Source: Planctomycetota bacterium
GTDB taxonomy: Bacteria; Planctomycetota; JACQVV01; JASMLP01
Direction: 5' to 3'
DNA length: 64,000 nt
Assembly (NCBI GenBank): GCA_030748635.1
Contig: JASMLP010000049.1
Span: 285 to 64,284 of the forward strand
Below are positions 41,783 through 51,424 of this stretch, piece by piece (within the stretch, counting starts at the first letter, position 1; every line of letters starts with the position of its first letter). The notes beneath the pieces were generated by a model. It did no database searches. It was given only the letters and a program-made list of their open reading frames with translations, and was not told the origin of the DNA. A program made the translations under genes and the position numbers.

Positions 41783-42537
41783 TCAAGCGCAAGAGTCGTG
41801 AAGAGATCGATATCATGCGGGAAGCCGGTCGCGTGGTTGCTGGCGCGCATAAGGCGGTCGAGGAGGCTATTCGGCCCGGTTTGACGACACTCGACCTGGA
41901 AAAAATCGCTCTCGACTTCATGGTGAATGCGGGGGGAGAGAGCGCTTTCAAGAATTATCGCGGCTTTCCCGGATACATCTGCACTTCGGTCAACGAAGAG
42001 ATTGTTCACGGGATCCCCTCCAAGCGGCGACTGGCCGAAGGGGATGTCGTGAGTGTCGACATCGGGGTGCGTTTCAAGGGATATATCGGTGACATGGCGG
42101 TGACCTATCCGGTTGGCCAGATCAGCGAAGACGCGCAACGACTTCTGGACGCTTGTCGGATCTCTCTCGAACAGGGGATCGAAAAAGTTCATCCGGATCA
42201 TCATCTGTCCGATGTCAGTCGGGCGATTCAGTCGTACGCCGAGGGGCAAGGATATTCGGTGGTTCGCGAATACACCGGTCACGGTGTGGGCCGTGAGATG
42301 CACGAGGATCCTCAGGTGCCCAACTATGTCAACGGGGGTTGGGGGTTCGATCCGAAACTCAAACCTGGGTTGGTCATTGCGATCGAACCCATGGTCAATT
42401 GTGGAACCCACGAGACGGACAGGATCGTTCGTCAGGGGTGGGATGTTGTTATTACTCGCGACCGCAAATTGTCGGCGCATTTCGAGCATACCGTGGCAGT
42501 CACCGAAGAGGGCCACGAGGTGTTGACCCAACTGTAG
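41779..42537 (+). CDS. map: Type I methionine aminopeptidase
   Basis: The ATG at 41779 overlaps the adk stop (ATGA). Sequence includes [21 protein letters not shown]..., with metal ligands in DVVSVDIG.., GHGVG and EPM context. Confidence 0.95.
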   Translation: MIKRKSREEIDIMREAGRVVAGAHKAVEEAIRPGLTTLDLEKIALDFMVNAGGESAFKNYRGFPGYICTSVNEEIVHGIPSKRRLAEGDVVSVDIGVRFKGYIGDMAVTYPVGQISEDAQRLLDACRISLEQGIEKVHPDHHLSDVSRAIQSYAEGQGYSVVREYTGHGVGREMHEDPQVPNYVNGGWGFDPKLKPGLVIAIEPMVNCGTHETDRIVRQGWDVVITRDRKLSAHFEHTVAVTEEGHEVLTQL

Positions 42538-42544
42538 GTGCGCT

Positions 42545-42760
42545 ATGGCAAAAGAAGAAGCAATCACTGTCGAGGCCACTGTTCAGGAGGCGTTACCCAA
42601 CGCTCGGTTCCGAGTGGTGCTTGATAATGGGTTCGAAGTACTGGCTCATGTTTCGGGGAAAATGCGCAAGCATTTCATCCGGATTTTGCCCGGAGATAAG
42701 GTCAAGGTTGAAATGAGTCCGTACGACCTCACGAGGGGGCGAATCATTTACCGTGAATAA
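42545..42760 (+). CDS. infA: Translation initiation factor IF-1
   Basis: [70 protein letters not shown] is canonical. Confidence 0.98.
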   Translation: MAKEEAITVEATVQEALPNARFRVVLDNGFEVLAHVSGKMRKHFIRILPGDKVKVEMSPYDLTRGRIIYRE

Positions 42761-42815
42761 TGGCGGTACATGTCTGGGATTTGGACCCGGAAGGTAGCAC
42801 CGATAGAGGAAAGTC

Positions 42816-42932
42816 ATGAAAGTCAAATCATCTGTTAAACGTATCTGTGAAAACTGCAAAATCATTCGCCGCAAAGGGGTGATTCGCGTTCTTTGCGTGA
42901 ACCCAAGGCACAAACAGCGCCAAGGGCGCTGA
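42816..42932 (+). CDS. rpmJ: 50S ribosomal protein L36 (Zn form)
   Basis: Found by hand at 38 aa: [38 protein letters not shown]. Confidence 0.93.
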   Translation: MKVKSSVKRICENCKIIRRKGVIRVLCVNPRHKQRQGR

Positions 42933-42947
42933 TCAGGAGTACTCAGG

Positions 42948-43325
42948 ATGCCTCGTATTGTTGGAGTCGATGTTCCGAACGAAAAGCCGATCTGGATCGC
43001 CTTGACGTATGTCTATGGCGTGGGAAGGGCTCAGTCCAGCCGGATTCTCGAAGCTACCGGGATCGAACCGATGGTTCGTGCTCGGGATCTGACTGACGAT
43101 GAAGTCAGTCGAATTGCCTCTGAGTTATCCAAAAATCACGTCGTCGAAGGTCAGCTGCGTCGGCAACTTCGTGAGAACATCAAGCGCTTAAAGGACATCG
43201 GTTGTTATCGGGGATTTCGGCATCGAAAAGGTCTTCCTGTTCGTGGTCAACGGACCAAGTCGAACGCGCGAACACGGAAAGGCCCGAAGAAGACCGTGGC
43301 CGGTAAGAAGGCGGTGAAACACTGA
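42948..43325 (+). CDS. rpsM: 30S ribosomal protein S13
   Basis: [35 protein letters not shown] is canonical uS13. Confidence 0.98.
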   Translation: MPRIVGVDVPNEKPIWIALTYVYGVGRAQSSRILEATGIEPMVRARDLTDDEVSRIASELSKNHVVEGQLRRQLRENIKRLKDIGCYRGFRHRKGLPVRGQRTKSNARTRKGPKKTVAGKKAVKH

Positions 43326-43726
43326 TGAGTAAGCAAAAAAAAGCCGGAAAAGCTAAAGGTAAGAAGAAGATTCGCAAGAGCGTGCCCAAGGCGATCGTTC
43401 ATATCAAAGCGACTTTCAATAATACCCTGGTTACGGTTACCGACCCCAAGGGAGACACTCTTGCCTGGGCGAGTGCTGGGACTGTGGGGAATAAAGGGTC
43501 TCGGAAGTCGACTCCTTTCGCCGCTCAGAAAGCGGCCGAGGTGGTCGCGGATCAGGCCTTGAAGTATGGAGTCAAGGAGGTCGAGGTGCGGGTCAAGGGG
43601 CCCGGGTCTGGCCGTGAGTCGAGTATTCGGGCGCTCCAGTCCGCAGGACTCGAAGTGAAATCAATCGAGGACCGCACACCTTTGCCTCACAACGGGTGTC
43701 GTCCACGTAAGAAACGGCGGGTCTGA
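43325..43726 (+). CDS. rpsK: 30S ribosomal protein S11
   Basis: [28 protein letters not shown]...[16 protein letters not shown] is canonical uS11. Confidence 0.98.
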   Translation: MSKQKKAGKAKGKKKIRKSVPKAIVHIKATFNNTLVTVTDPKGDTLAWASAGTVGNKGSRKSTPFAAQKAAEVVADQALKYGVKEVEVRVKGPGSGRESSIRALQSAGLEVKSIEDRTPLPHNGCRPRKKRRV

Positions 43727-43799
43727 GAACAGATCTGTGTAATTAAGTCAAATACTTCCAGGCACGCAGGAGCGCTGCCGAAGAAGGAGCATGAAAGTT

Positions 43800-44441
43800 A
43801 TGGGAAGGACCATAGATCCCAAATGTAAATTGTGTCGAAGGGAAAGCATCAAGCTTTTCCTCAAGGGGGACCGCTGCCACACGAAAAAGTGCAGTTTGAG
43901 TCGTCGCGATCGACCACCAGGAATTCCCCGTTTTCGGCGCGGAAAACCTTCTGAATACAGCATTCAATTGCGAGAAAAACAGAAGATCAAGCGTCTGTAC
44001 GGAGTCTGGGAGTCGCAATTCCGTCGCTATTTCGATCTCGCTGATCGCATGAAGGGGAATACCGGAGAAAATCTGCTGATTCTCCTCGAGCGGCGATTCG
44101 ATAACGTCCTCTACAAGGCGGGACTGGCGGTTTCTCGCGCTCAGGCGCGTCAGTACATCAACCATGGGCATTTTGCTCTCAACGGAAAAAAAGTCGATAT
44201 TGCCAGCTTACTCGTTAAGCCCGGAGATGAGATCAGTTCTCGACTCGAGAAGAGTTCAAGGCTCTTTCGGGAAAACCTCGAGAGTCGTCAGAGTCGTTCG
44301 GTACCGAGTTGGTTAGAAGTGGATCTCGATCTGCTCAAGATTCGAATGTCCCAGATTCCCACGCGGGAAGAAGTCGAGGAAACCCTCGACGTGGACGTGA
44401 AGCTCAAAGAGCAGTTGATTGTCGAGTTCTGCTCCAAGTAA
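43800..44441 (+). CDS. rpsD: 30S ribosomal protein S4
   Basis: The track starts at 43791. The ATG at 43800 has better spacing to the AAGGAG at 43784-43789 and gives [16 protein letters not shown]. An S4 RNA-binding domain is present ([31 protein letters not shown]). Confidence 0.95.
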   Translation: [213 protein letters not shown]

Positions 44442-44461
44442 CAGGAAGAGGGATATTTACG

Positions 44462-45475
44462 ATGCGTATTCGATGGCGAAATTTGGAGCTTCCAACCCAA
44501 GTGGTGTTGGACGAAGAAACAGCAACGAAAAACTATGGACGTTTCACGGTCGAGCCTTTCGAGCGTGGATTCGGTACTACGATTGGTAACAGCTTGCGTC
44601 GCGTATTGCTCTCAAGCCTAGAGGGAACGGCTGTCACGCATGTCAAGATCGACGGTGTGCAGCATGAGTTTTCTACCATCAAGGGGGTTTTTGAGGATGT
44701 GACCACGATTATCCTCAATCTCAAAAACCTCTTGTTGAAAATCGACACCGATGAAAAGGTCGTTCTCAGGCTCGATAAAAAGAAGCATGTTGGACCGATT
44801 ACCGCGGCTGATCTCGAACACGATCATCATGTTGAGATTGTCAATCCGGATCTTCATATCGCGGAATGCACCGAAAAGGCCAATTTGACCCTCGAGATTC
44901 ACGCGACTCGCGGTCGCGGGTATGTTCCGGCGGAAGAAAACGAAAGTGAAGAGAACGAAATCGGTCTCATTCCGGTGGATTCCATTTTTACGCCGGTTCG
45001 TCGGGTTCGTTTTCGGACCGAAGACACCCGGGTCGGAAAGCTCACCAATTACGACAAACTCATTCTCGAGATCTGGACCGATGGCACATTGAGCCCTGAA
45101 ATGGCCCAGGTGGAGGCAGCTAAGATTTTGCGTCGCCATCTCAGTCCATTCATCATGCAAGACATGATCGGGAAAGAACTTCAGCGGCGCCAAGAGGTGA
45201 AGAAGGCTTCGCAAGCAACCGCTGAGCGTGCGATGGATGAAGTACGTAAAAAACTGCAGCAGTCCATCGACGGTCTCGATCTGTCCGTACGAGCCAGAAA
45301 TTGTATCGACTCGGAAAGTATGGCTACGGTGGGTGATCTGTGCTGTAAAGACGAGGATGAACTCCTCTCTCTTCGCAATTTTGGAAAAACGAGTCTGCGA
45401 GAAATCAAAAAGAAGCTTTCGGACCAAGGTCTATCCCTTGGAATGGACGTTTCACAATACATGGCCAGCAACTGA
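44462..45475 (+). CDS. rpoA: DNA-directed RNA polymerase subunit alpha
   Basis: The track ORF was trimmed to the ATG at 44462 (MRIRWRNLELPTQVV...GRFTVEPFERGFGTTIGNSLRRVLLSSLEG). A C-terminal HhH domain is present (LDLSVRARNCIDSE). Confidence 0.96.
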   Translation: MRIRWRNLELPTQVVLDEETATKNYGRFTVEPFERGFGTTIGNSLRRVLLSSLEGTAVTHVKIDGVQHEFSTIKGVFEDVTTIILNLKNLLLKIDTDEKVVLRLDKKKHVGPITAADLEHDHHVEIVNPDLHIAECTEKANLTLEIHATRGRGYVPAEENESEENEIGLIPVDSIFTPVRRVRFRTEDTRVGKLTNYDKLILEIWTDGTLSPEMAQVEAAKILRRHLSPFIMQDMIGKELQRRQEVKKASQATAERAMDEVRKKLQQSIDGLDLSVRARNCIDSESMATVGDLCCKDEDELLSLRNFGKTSLREIKKKLSDQGLSLGMDVSQYMASN

Positions 45476-45529
45476 TTCCGGTCGATTTGAAGACCGAGAC
45501 TCCGGTTCTTCCGGAGATGGAGTTCGACG

Positions 45530-46063
45530 ATGCGTCACAAGAAGCACCGAGGGAAACTGGGCCGAACCCCCAGTCACCGTAAAGCCCTTCTCAAAAACCT
45601 TACACACGCTCTGATCGAAGAAGAGCGGATTGTTACTACTTTGGCCAAGGCCAAGGCGGTGCGCCCCTTCGCAGAGAAATTGATTACTTTGGCCAAAGAA
45701 AAAGATCTGCACCGCATCCGCCTGGTCTCCGATCGGCTTCGTTTGTCCAAGTCTTTTCGTCCTGCCCAGCCTCCTGATATCGATAGCGAGGATTTGGATG
45801 AAGATCAAAAGAAGGTGGTGTTTGAACCTGTGACGCAGCGGCGGGATATTCGAAATGTCAAAAAGCTTTTCAATGTGATCGGTCCTCGATTCAAGGATCG
45901 TCCCGGTGGATATACGCGTATCCTGCGTCTTTCGGGTCGTCCAAGCGGCAAGACCGGGCTCATGGACAATAACGATAAGCATGTTGTGCCCTCCGGTTTT
46001 CGGATGGGTGATTCAGCCCAGATGGTGGTTTTCGAGCTCGTTGAACGCTCCTCTTCTGAGTAG
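45530..46063 (+). CDS. rplQ: 50S ribosomal protein L17 (177 aa, with lineage-specific insertions)
   Basis: MRHKKHRGKLGRTPSHRKALLKNL...RPGGYTRILRL is canonical bL17 interrupted by extra segments. Confidence 0.95.
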   Translation: MRHKKHRGKLGRTPSHRKALLKNLTHALIEEERIVTTLAKAKAVRPFAEKLITLAKEKDLHRIRLVSDRLRLSKSFRPAQPPDIDSEDLDEDQKKVVFEPVTQRRDIRNVKKLFNVIGPRFKDRPGGYTRILRLSGRPSGKTGLMDNNDKHVVPSGFRMGDSAQMVVFELVERSSSE

Positions 46064-46146
46064 GGGTTGAGTTTTCGGATCCTTCGTGCCCAACGGATGA
46101 TTGGTGTGATCTGGATGGGGTCTTCTCTTGAATCGGAGATCGTGAG

Positions 46147-47502
46147 ATGAACCCAAGTCCTATGATCTTGGTAGGCGCCAGGAAGGTTTTTTTTGAAACC
46201 TTTGGGTGCCAGATGAATGTCCTCGATACCGAGTTGATGATCGGGGCGTTGCAGGTCGCCGGATACGAGGTGACCGCCCATCTGGATGACGCAGACTTGA
46301 TCGTTTACAACACCTGTAGTGTTCGGCTTCAGGCTGAAAATAAGGTGATGAGTCGTCTAGGTCAGATACGCTCTCTCAAGGCGGCCCGTCCAGATCTTGT
46401 TATCGCGGTGGTCGGTTGCATGGCGCAAAAAGACGGAGCGGCCCTGAAAAAGTCTGCTCCTCACGTCGATCTTGTCGTGGGTCCGGGCGAAATCGATCAT
46501 CTGCCCTCGTTGGTTCGTCGGGTGGAGTCTCGATCGGATGAGTCTCTCGTGGCGACTGAATTCAAACCGGTGCAATTTCAGCGAGATGTGACTTTGCGCC
46601 CGTCGCGGTATCAGGCTTATGTCTCAGTCATTCGGGGTTGCGATGTTTATTGTACTTTTTGCATCGTTCCTTATACCCGAGGTCGGGAGGTGAGTCGTCG
46701 TCCGGAACAAATCACAGAAGAGGTTCGGCGTCTAGCGGAAGATGGGTGTCGCGAAGTGACGCTTTTGGGTCAAACCGTGGATCACTACGGAAAAGAATTT
46801 CGTCGCGAAGGGGTGCACCTGGGAACGCTGCTCGAGTCGGTGTCTGGAATCGATGGAATCGAGCGTGTTCGTTTCGTTACCAGCCATCCTAAATACCTTT
46901 CAGATGACATTTTGCGGTCGGTGGGTGATATCGAAGAGGTTTGCGAATATCTACACATGCCCGTTCAGTCGGGGTCGGATCGAGTGCTTCGCTCGATGCG
47001 TCGCAGATATGACACGGGGCAGTATCTCGAGCGGGTTGCACGGGCTCGCGAACTGGTTCCAAATGTTCGTATTGCGAGCGACTTCATCGTCGGCTTTCCC
47101 GGCGAGACGGAAGAAGATTTTTTGAAAACCGCCGATCTCATGGAAAGGGTCGAGTTTTCTCAGGCCTTTATTTTCAAATACAGCCCACGTCCGGGTACAC
47201 CGGCGGCCGATATGGAAGATGATGTACCTCTGGAAGAGAAAAAAAGACGGAATCAGCACCTCCTGAAGCTGCAAGACCGGTTTCAAAGAAAGCGAAACGA
47301 ATCGATGCGGGGTGAGGTTGTAGAAGTGCTTGTAGAGGGAGTGAGTCGACGAGATCCCGCGAAGTGGACTGGGCGAACTCGTGGCAATGAAATTGTAGTT
47401 TTCGACCGAGTCGAGAAAAATTCTTCGATTGAAGGGTCGAGAGTTCAACTCCGGATTGTAGATTCCACCGCGTTAACTCTTTTTGGCGAGGCGCTCTCCT
47501 GA
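46147..47502 (+). CDS. miaB: tRNA methylthiotransferase (MiaB-like radical SAM enzyme)
   Basis: UPF0004 N-domain (FFETFGCQMNVLDTE), radical-SAM CDVYCTFCIVP and a C-terminal TRAM-like domain. Confidence 0.85.
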   Translation: MNPSPMILVGARKVFFETFGCQMNVLDTELMIGALQVAGYEVTAHLDDADLIVYNTCSVRLQAENKVMSRLGQIRSLKAARPDLVIAVVGCMAQKDGAALKKSAPHVDLVVGPGEIDHLPSLVRRVESRSDESLVATEFKPVQFQRDVTLRPSRYQAYVSVIRGCDVYCTFCIVPYTRGREVSRRPEQITEEVRRLAEDGCREVTLLGQTVDHYGKEFRREGVHLGTLLESVSGIDGIERVRFVTSHPKYLSDDILRSVGDIEEVCEYLHMPVQSGSDRVLRSMRRRYDTGQYLERVARARELVPNVRIASDFIVGFPGETEEDFLKTADLMERVEFSQAFIFKYSPRPGTPAADMEDDVPLEEKKRRNQHLLKLQDRFQRKRNESMRGEVVEVLVEGVSRRDPAKWTGRTRGNEIVVFDRVEKNSSIEGSRVQLRIVDSTALTLFGEALS

Positions 47503-47531
47503 GTACCGACGTAGATTTTGATGGCTCCTGG

Positions 47532-48638
47532 ATGGAACTCGCGCTGAGGCTGGCTTGGCGAGGGGAAGGGCGTGTCGAGCCCAATCCGATGGTAGGGGCG
47601 GTGGTCGTTTCAGGCGGGGTTTTGGTCGGGCAGGGGTGGCACGGTGTCTTTGGGGGACCGCATGCGGAGGTGATCGCTCTCGAGGAAGCTGGAGAGAAGG
47701 CTCGAGGGGCGACTCTTTGGGTTACTTTGGAACCGTGTTCGCATCACGGGAAGACGCCTCCTTGCGTCCAGACCATTCTCAACTCGGGAGTGGCGCGGGT
47801 TGTCGTCGGTGTGGTCGACCCCAATCCGAAAGTTTCCGGTAGGGGCATCCAGGCTTTACGTGAAGCCGGGGTCGAGGTTCATGTGGGGTGCTTGGAAGAA
47901 GAGGGGGAGGAGTTGATCCGCTGGTTTCGCAAGTGGGTGTGCGAGGGGATTCCCTACGGATATGCCAAGTGGGCCATGACTTTGGATGGAAAAATTGCGA
48001 CCAGTACTCGGGACTCAAAGTGGATTTCAGGAGCGCAGAGCCGAAAACTCGTTCATCAGCTAAGAAGTGATGTCGATGCGATTTTGGTTGGCGTTGGAAC
48101 CGTGTGTCAGGACGATCCTCGCCTTACATCTCGAATCGAGGGGGGAAGAAACCCTTTGCGTGTGGTTGTGGACACGTCACTGAGGATTTCTCCCGAATGC
48201 CGGTTGGTACAGACTGCCCGAGAGGTGCCGACGGTCGTTGCCACCACTTCGACTGGAGAGGCTGAAAAACGTGACCTTCTGGAGTCTTTGGGGGTGGAAG
48301 TCCGGGAGTTTGGGGAGGTTCACGGACGAGTTGACTTGCGATCATTAGCGCGCTGGTTGGCGGGAGACAAAGGGGTGACTCGGTTGCTTTTTGAGGGGGG
48401 AGCGGAAGTGTTTTTCAGCGCATTTGCCGCCTCTTTGGTGGATGAAGTCTGGGTCTTTATCGCCCCGAAGGTCATCGGCGGAAGAGATGCTCTCGGCGCT
48501 GTCGGGGGACACGGTTGGGAGTGGATGAATCAAGGGGTGAAGATCGAGGATGTTCGAGCAACCTCAGTCGGGGAGGATCAGTTGTTGATCGGGCGAATTC
48601 AGCCCCCATCTCCATCAATCGGAGGTGAGTCTCGTTGA
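47532..48638 (+). CDS. ribD: Bifunctional riboflavin biosynthesis protein RibD (deaminase/reductase)
   Basis: PNPMVGAVVV, HAEVIALEEAG and PCSHHGKTPPC, then a reductase domain (KWAMTLDGKIAT). Confidence 0.92.
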   Translation: MELALRLAWRGEGRVEPNPMVGAVVVSGGVLVGQGWHGVFGGPHAEVIALEEAGEKARGATLWVTLEPCSHHGKTPPCVQTILNSGVARVVVGVVDPNPKVSGRGIQALREAGVEVHVGCLEEEGEELIRWFRKWVCEGIPYGYAKWAMTLDGKIATSTRDSKWISGAQSRKLVHQLRSDVDAILVGVGTVCQDDPRLTSRIEGGRNPLRVVVDTSLRISPECRLVQTAREVPTVVATTSTGEAEKRDLLESLGVEVREFGEVHGRVDLRSLARWLAGDKGVTRLLFEGGAEVFFSAFAASLVDEVWVFIAPKVIGGRDALGAVGGHGWEWMNQGVKIEDVRATSVGEDQLLIGRIQPPSPSIGGESR

Positions 48639-48753
48639 CTCTGTTTTCTCGGTCTTTATAATTCAAAACCCTGTTAAGGATCGATATCGGCTCGATGGAT
48701 AGTCGGGGATTGAACTGCGCCTGAGGCGTAGATGGGTTGGTGGTTGAGCGCTG

Positions 48754-49581
48754 ATGGACAAGTTCGCCACGCTCACGGACAGTCGGACAGGAGAAGAGTT
48801 TCGCCTGACCAAACAAACATTTGTCATCGGACGTCACCGTTCGAGTGACATCTGTATCCCGTTGCAAGATATCAGTCGTCGTCACTGCAAGATCTCCCGG
48901 GATGAGAACAACGTGTACCATGTGCAGGATCTTCAAAGTTCTCACGGCACCTTCCTCAATGAAGACCCCATCTCGGCGGGAGTCGATGCCCGCCTGGAAT
49001 CCGGGTACCACATCAAGTTGAGTAAGTGTAATCGCCACCCCGGAGGCGCCAAGGTCTATATTTTCCGGCAACCCAAGGAAGAGGTTGTCATTCCCGAGGC
49101 GGGGGCGGGCGCTCCGGGAGCGGATCGAGGAGAGGTTTCACTTCGTGAAAAGATTCTTCTTCGAAACCTGGTGTTTCGAGTCGGCAAACGGGAAGGCATG
49201 ACGCTGCGAATTCAAAAATCAGGCACTGATCCGTCGAATTTCGGTCAGCGGGTTCCTCTGCTTCGATTCGGTTTTAAAGAGATTTTTTTTCTCTCACTTC
49301 GGCCGTGGAAGCCGGGGGAAGAAATTCTACTCAAAATGGTTCATCCTCTGTTAGTTCCAGCGATATCCTTGACATTGCGGGTCCGTGATGTGAAGCCGAC
49401 ACGTGCATTTGGGTGTTCTGTTTTCAAAGTCGAGTGTCAGGTCGCGCGTTTCGATACGAAAAATCGGGATCGATTTCATAAATCGGTAAAGCCTGATGGC
49501 TTGCTCTCTTATGGGTTCCTCCGCTCTGCTCAAGAATCTAAAAACAGTTCTGCCGATTCGGTTTCGGGAGAGCTCTCGTGA
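48754..49581 (+). CDS. FHA domain protein with an uncharacterised (PilZ-like?) C-terminal domain
   Basis: FHA signature: FVIGRHRSSDICIPLQDISRRHCKI...DLQSSHGTFLNEDPI. The C-terminal half contains RVGKR...DPSNFG. Confidence 0.85.
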   Translation: MDKFATLTDSRTGEEFRLTKQTFVIGRHRSSDICIPLQDISRRHCKISRDENNVYHVQDLQSSHGTFLNEDPISAGVDARLESGYHIKLSKCNRHPGGAKVYIFRQPKEEVVIPEAGAGAPGADRGEVSLREKILLRNLVFRVGKREGMTLRIQKSGTDPSNFGQRVPLLRFGFKEIFFLSLRPWKPGEEILLKMVHPLLVPAISLTLRVRDVKPTRAFGCSVFKVECQVARFDTKNRDRFHKSVKPDGLLSYGFLRSAQESKNSSADSVSGELS

Positions 49582-49600
49582 TTCGTCAGGGAAGTTCCGA

Positions 49601-50242
49601 ATGAAGTTTCATGCGGCGGTACAGCCCTACCTCTGCCTCTCTGCGGATGAACAAGAGGAGCGAGGAGTTGATGCGGCCCGAAATTTGATTCGTCAGCGGA
49701 CAGATGTTCTTCAGGAAATCAAAAAGATTGGAAAAAAGGAGTTTGGTTCGGATCACGTGGGGGCGGAGAAAGAGGGGGATTGCTTTTGTCGGTACATCGT
49801 GGATCGAGTCGACCTGCTCGACGATTTGCAAGACTTTGCTGTCAGTAGCGAAGGTCTTGAAGCGGAAGCGGTTTGTTCCGGAAAAGTGCAATCTCGTTTC
49901 AATCATCTGGTCATGATTCAGTCGAACAGTGGGTTTTATCTTCCGAACTATTTCTTTTTCCCAACCTGGGTTCGAAGTCGAAAACAGGTCTACCCCATTT
50001 TCGTGGGCAGCGCTCCTCGGTTATTGGAAGAGTTGGCCATCGTGGATGAAGCTCTTGGAGCCTCCAAGACAACCCAGCTGGCTCGTATGCCGGACTTTTT
50101 GCGGGCCGATCGGGATCAGATCGAGGATTATGAGTATTCCTTCGGGTCCGAAGATCATTTCTGGGAACGGTTTGCGTTCAGTCTATTGCGCCGTTTGGCC
50201 CAAATCGGTGTGCAGCAGAACATGCCAGTGATCATCGGCTGA
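49601..50242 (+). CDS. Hypothetical protein (213 aa)
   Basis: The track ORF 49496..50242 overlaps the FHA gene, so I trimmed it to the ATG at 49601 (MKFHAAVQPYLCLSADEQEERG...). I recognise no family. Confidence 0.6.
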   Translation: MKFHAAVQPYLCLSADEQEERGVDAARNLIRQRTDVLQEIKKIGKKEFGSDHVGAEKEGDCFCRYIVDRVDLLDDLQDFAVSSEGLEAEAVCSGKVQSRFNHLVMIQSNSGFYLPNYFFFPTWVRSRKQVYPIFVGSAPRLLEELAIVDEALGASKTTQLARMPDFLRADRDQIEDYEYSFGSEDHFWERFAFSLLRRLAQIGVQQNMPVIIG

Positions 50243-50329
50243 ATGTCGGGCGAGTGAGGGGAAAGACGGCTTTGGTTACGGTTTGCTTGTACGGGACCGA
50301 AAATCGGGGCTGTCCGTTGGGGTTGCGAC

Positions 50330-50357
50330 TTGACTTCCCCGGAGGGCTACCTATACT
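50330..50357 (+). promoter_or_regulatory. Candidate sigma70-type promoter of rpsB-tsf
   Basis: TTGACT (50330-50335), a 16-nt spacer, then TATACT (50352-50357). Confidence 0.5.
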
Positions 50358-50514
50358 ACGCCGCTGAAACAAGGGGAAAGTCTACTCCCTGCGTAAGTTA
50401 CATCCCAAATTCCTATTTAACCGTTCGTCGGGAAGCCATGAGCTTCTCCACCGACAGGCTGCTTTTTCATCAAACGGCTTTTGTCTGATGAAAAGGTTTG
50501 CAGGAGGTGTCGTT

Positions 50515-51420
50515 TTGTCCACCGTTCAGTTCAAGGAACTTCTCGAAGCCGGTGTCCATTTTGGACATCGGGTCAGTCGTCGCCATCCGCGGATGGATCC
50601 CTATATTTTTGGCAAGCAGAATTTCATCAGCATCATCAACCTTCGTGAAACGATTCGGGGGATGTTGGAAGCGGCGCACTACCTAAAAACCGTGGCTTCT
50701 CGTGGGGAGAACGTGCTTTTTGTCGGGACCAAGCGTCAGGCAAAAAACGTGATTCGAGATGAAGCTCGGCGGGCTGAAATCGCTTATGTGTCTGAGCGTT
50801 GGCTCGGGGGGTCGATGACCAACTTCTCAGTCGTGAAATCCCGTATCGAGCGACTCGAGGAGCTGGAGGCGATGGAAGCCGATGGCCGGATGGATCGGAT
50901 GGGTAAGAAGCAAGTCAGTTCTCTTAATCGAGAGCGCCGAAAAATCAAAAGAAACCTGGACGGGATTCGCAAACTCAATGGACCTCCTGACTGTGTTGTC
51001 ATCGTCGATCCTCGTCGGGAATACAACTGTTTGGCCGAATGCAGAAAATTGAAAATCCCGGTGATCGCTATCCTCGATACCGACTCTGACCCCACGCCTA
51101 TCGATATTCCGATTCCAGCGAACGACGACGCCATGCGTTCGGTACATGTGATCCTTTCGTTTTTGGCTGATGCCATCATGGAAGGGGTCAAGCAGTACGA
51201 GTCCGGATTAAGCGCCAAGGAACGGGTTGAGGCGAATCGTGAGAAAGAAGCCAAGAAGGAAGAGGTCGTCGATTCGACTCCGGTTCCAGAGGCTTCGCCA
51301 GAGACGGTCTCCGCAGTCGCAGAGATTGCCACCGCTCCAGCGACCGAGTCGGTTGAGGCTCCGGCGCCTGTCGATTCGGAGCCGAGTCCACAAAGTAACC
51401 CAGAAAAAACGGAGTCTTGA
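50515..51420 (+). CDS. rpsB: 30S ribosomal protein S2 (probable TTG start; the track ORF begins at 50488)
   Basis: AGGAGG lies 7 nt before the TTG at 50515 and gives (M)STVQFKELLEAGVHFGHRVSRRHPRM, the usual uS2 N-terminus. A ~60-aa Glu/Pro/Ala-rich C-terminal tail is present. Confidence 0.95.
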   Translation: MSTVQFKELLEAGVHFGHRVSRRHPRMDPYIFGKQNFISIINLRETIRGMLEAAHYLKTVASRGENVLFVGTKRQAKNVIRDEARRAEIAYVSERWLGGSMTNFSVVKSRIERLEELEAMEADGRMDRMGKKQVSSLNRERRKIKRNLDGIRKLNGPPDCVVIVDPRREYNCLAECRKLKIPVIAILDTDSDPTPIDIPIPANDDAMRSVHVILSFLADAIMEGVKQYESGLSAKERVEANREKEAKKEEVVDSTPVPEASPETVSAVAEIATAPATESVEAPAPVDSEPSPQSNPEKTES

Positions 51421-51424
51421 ATCG

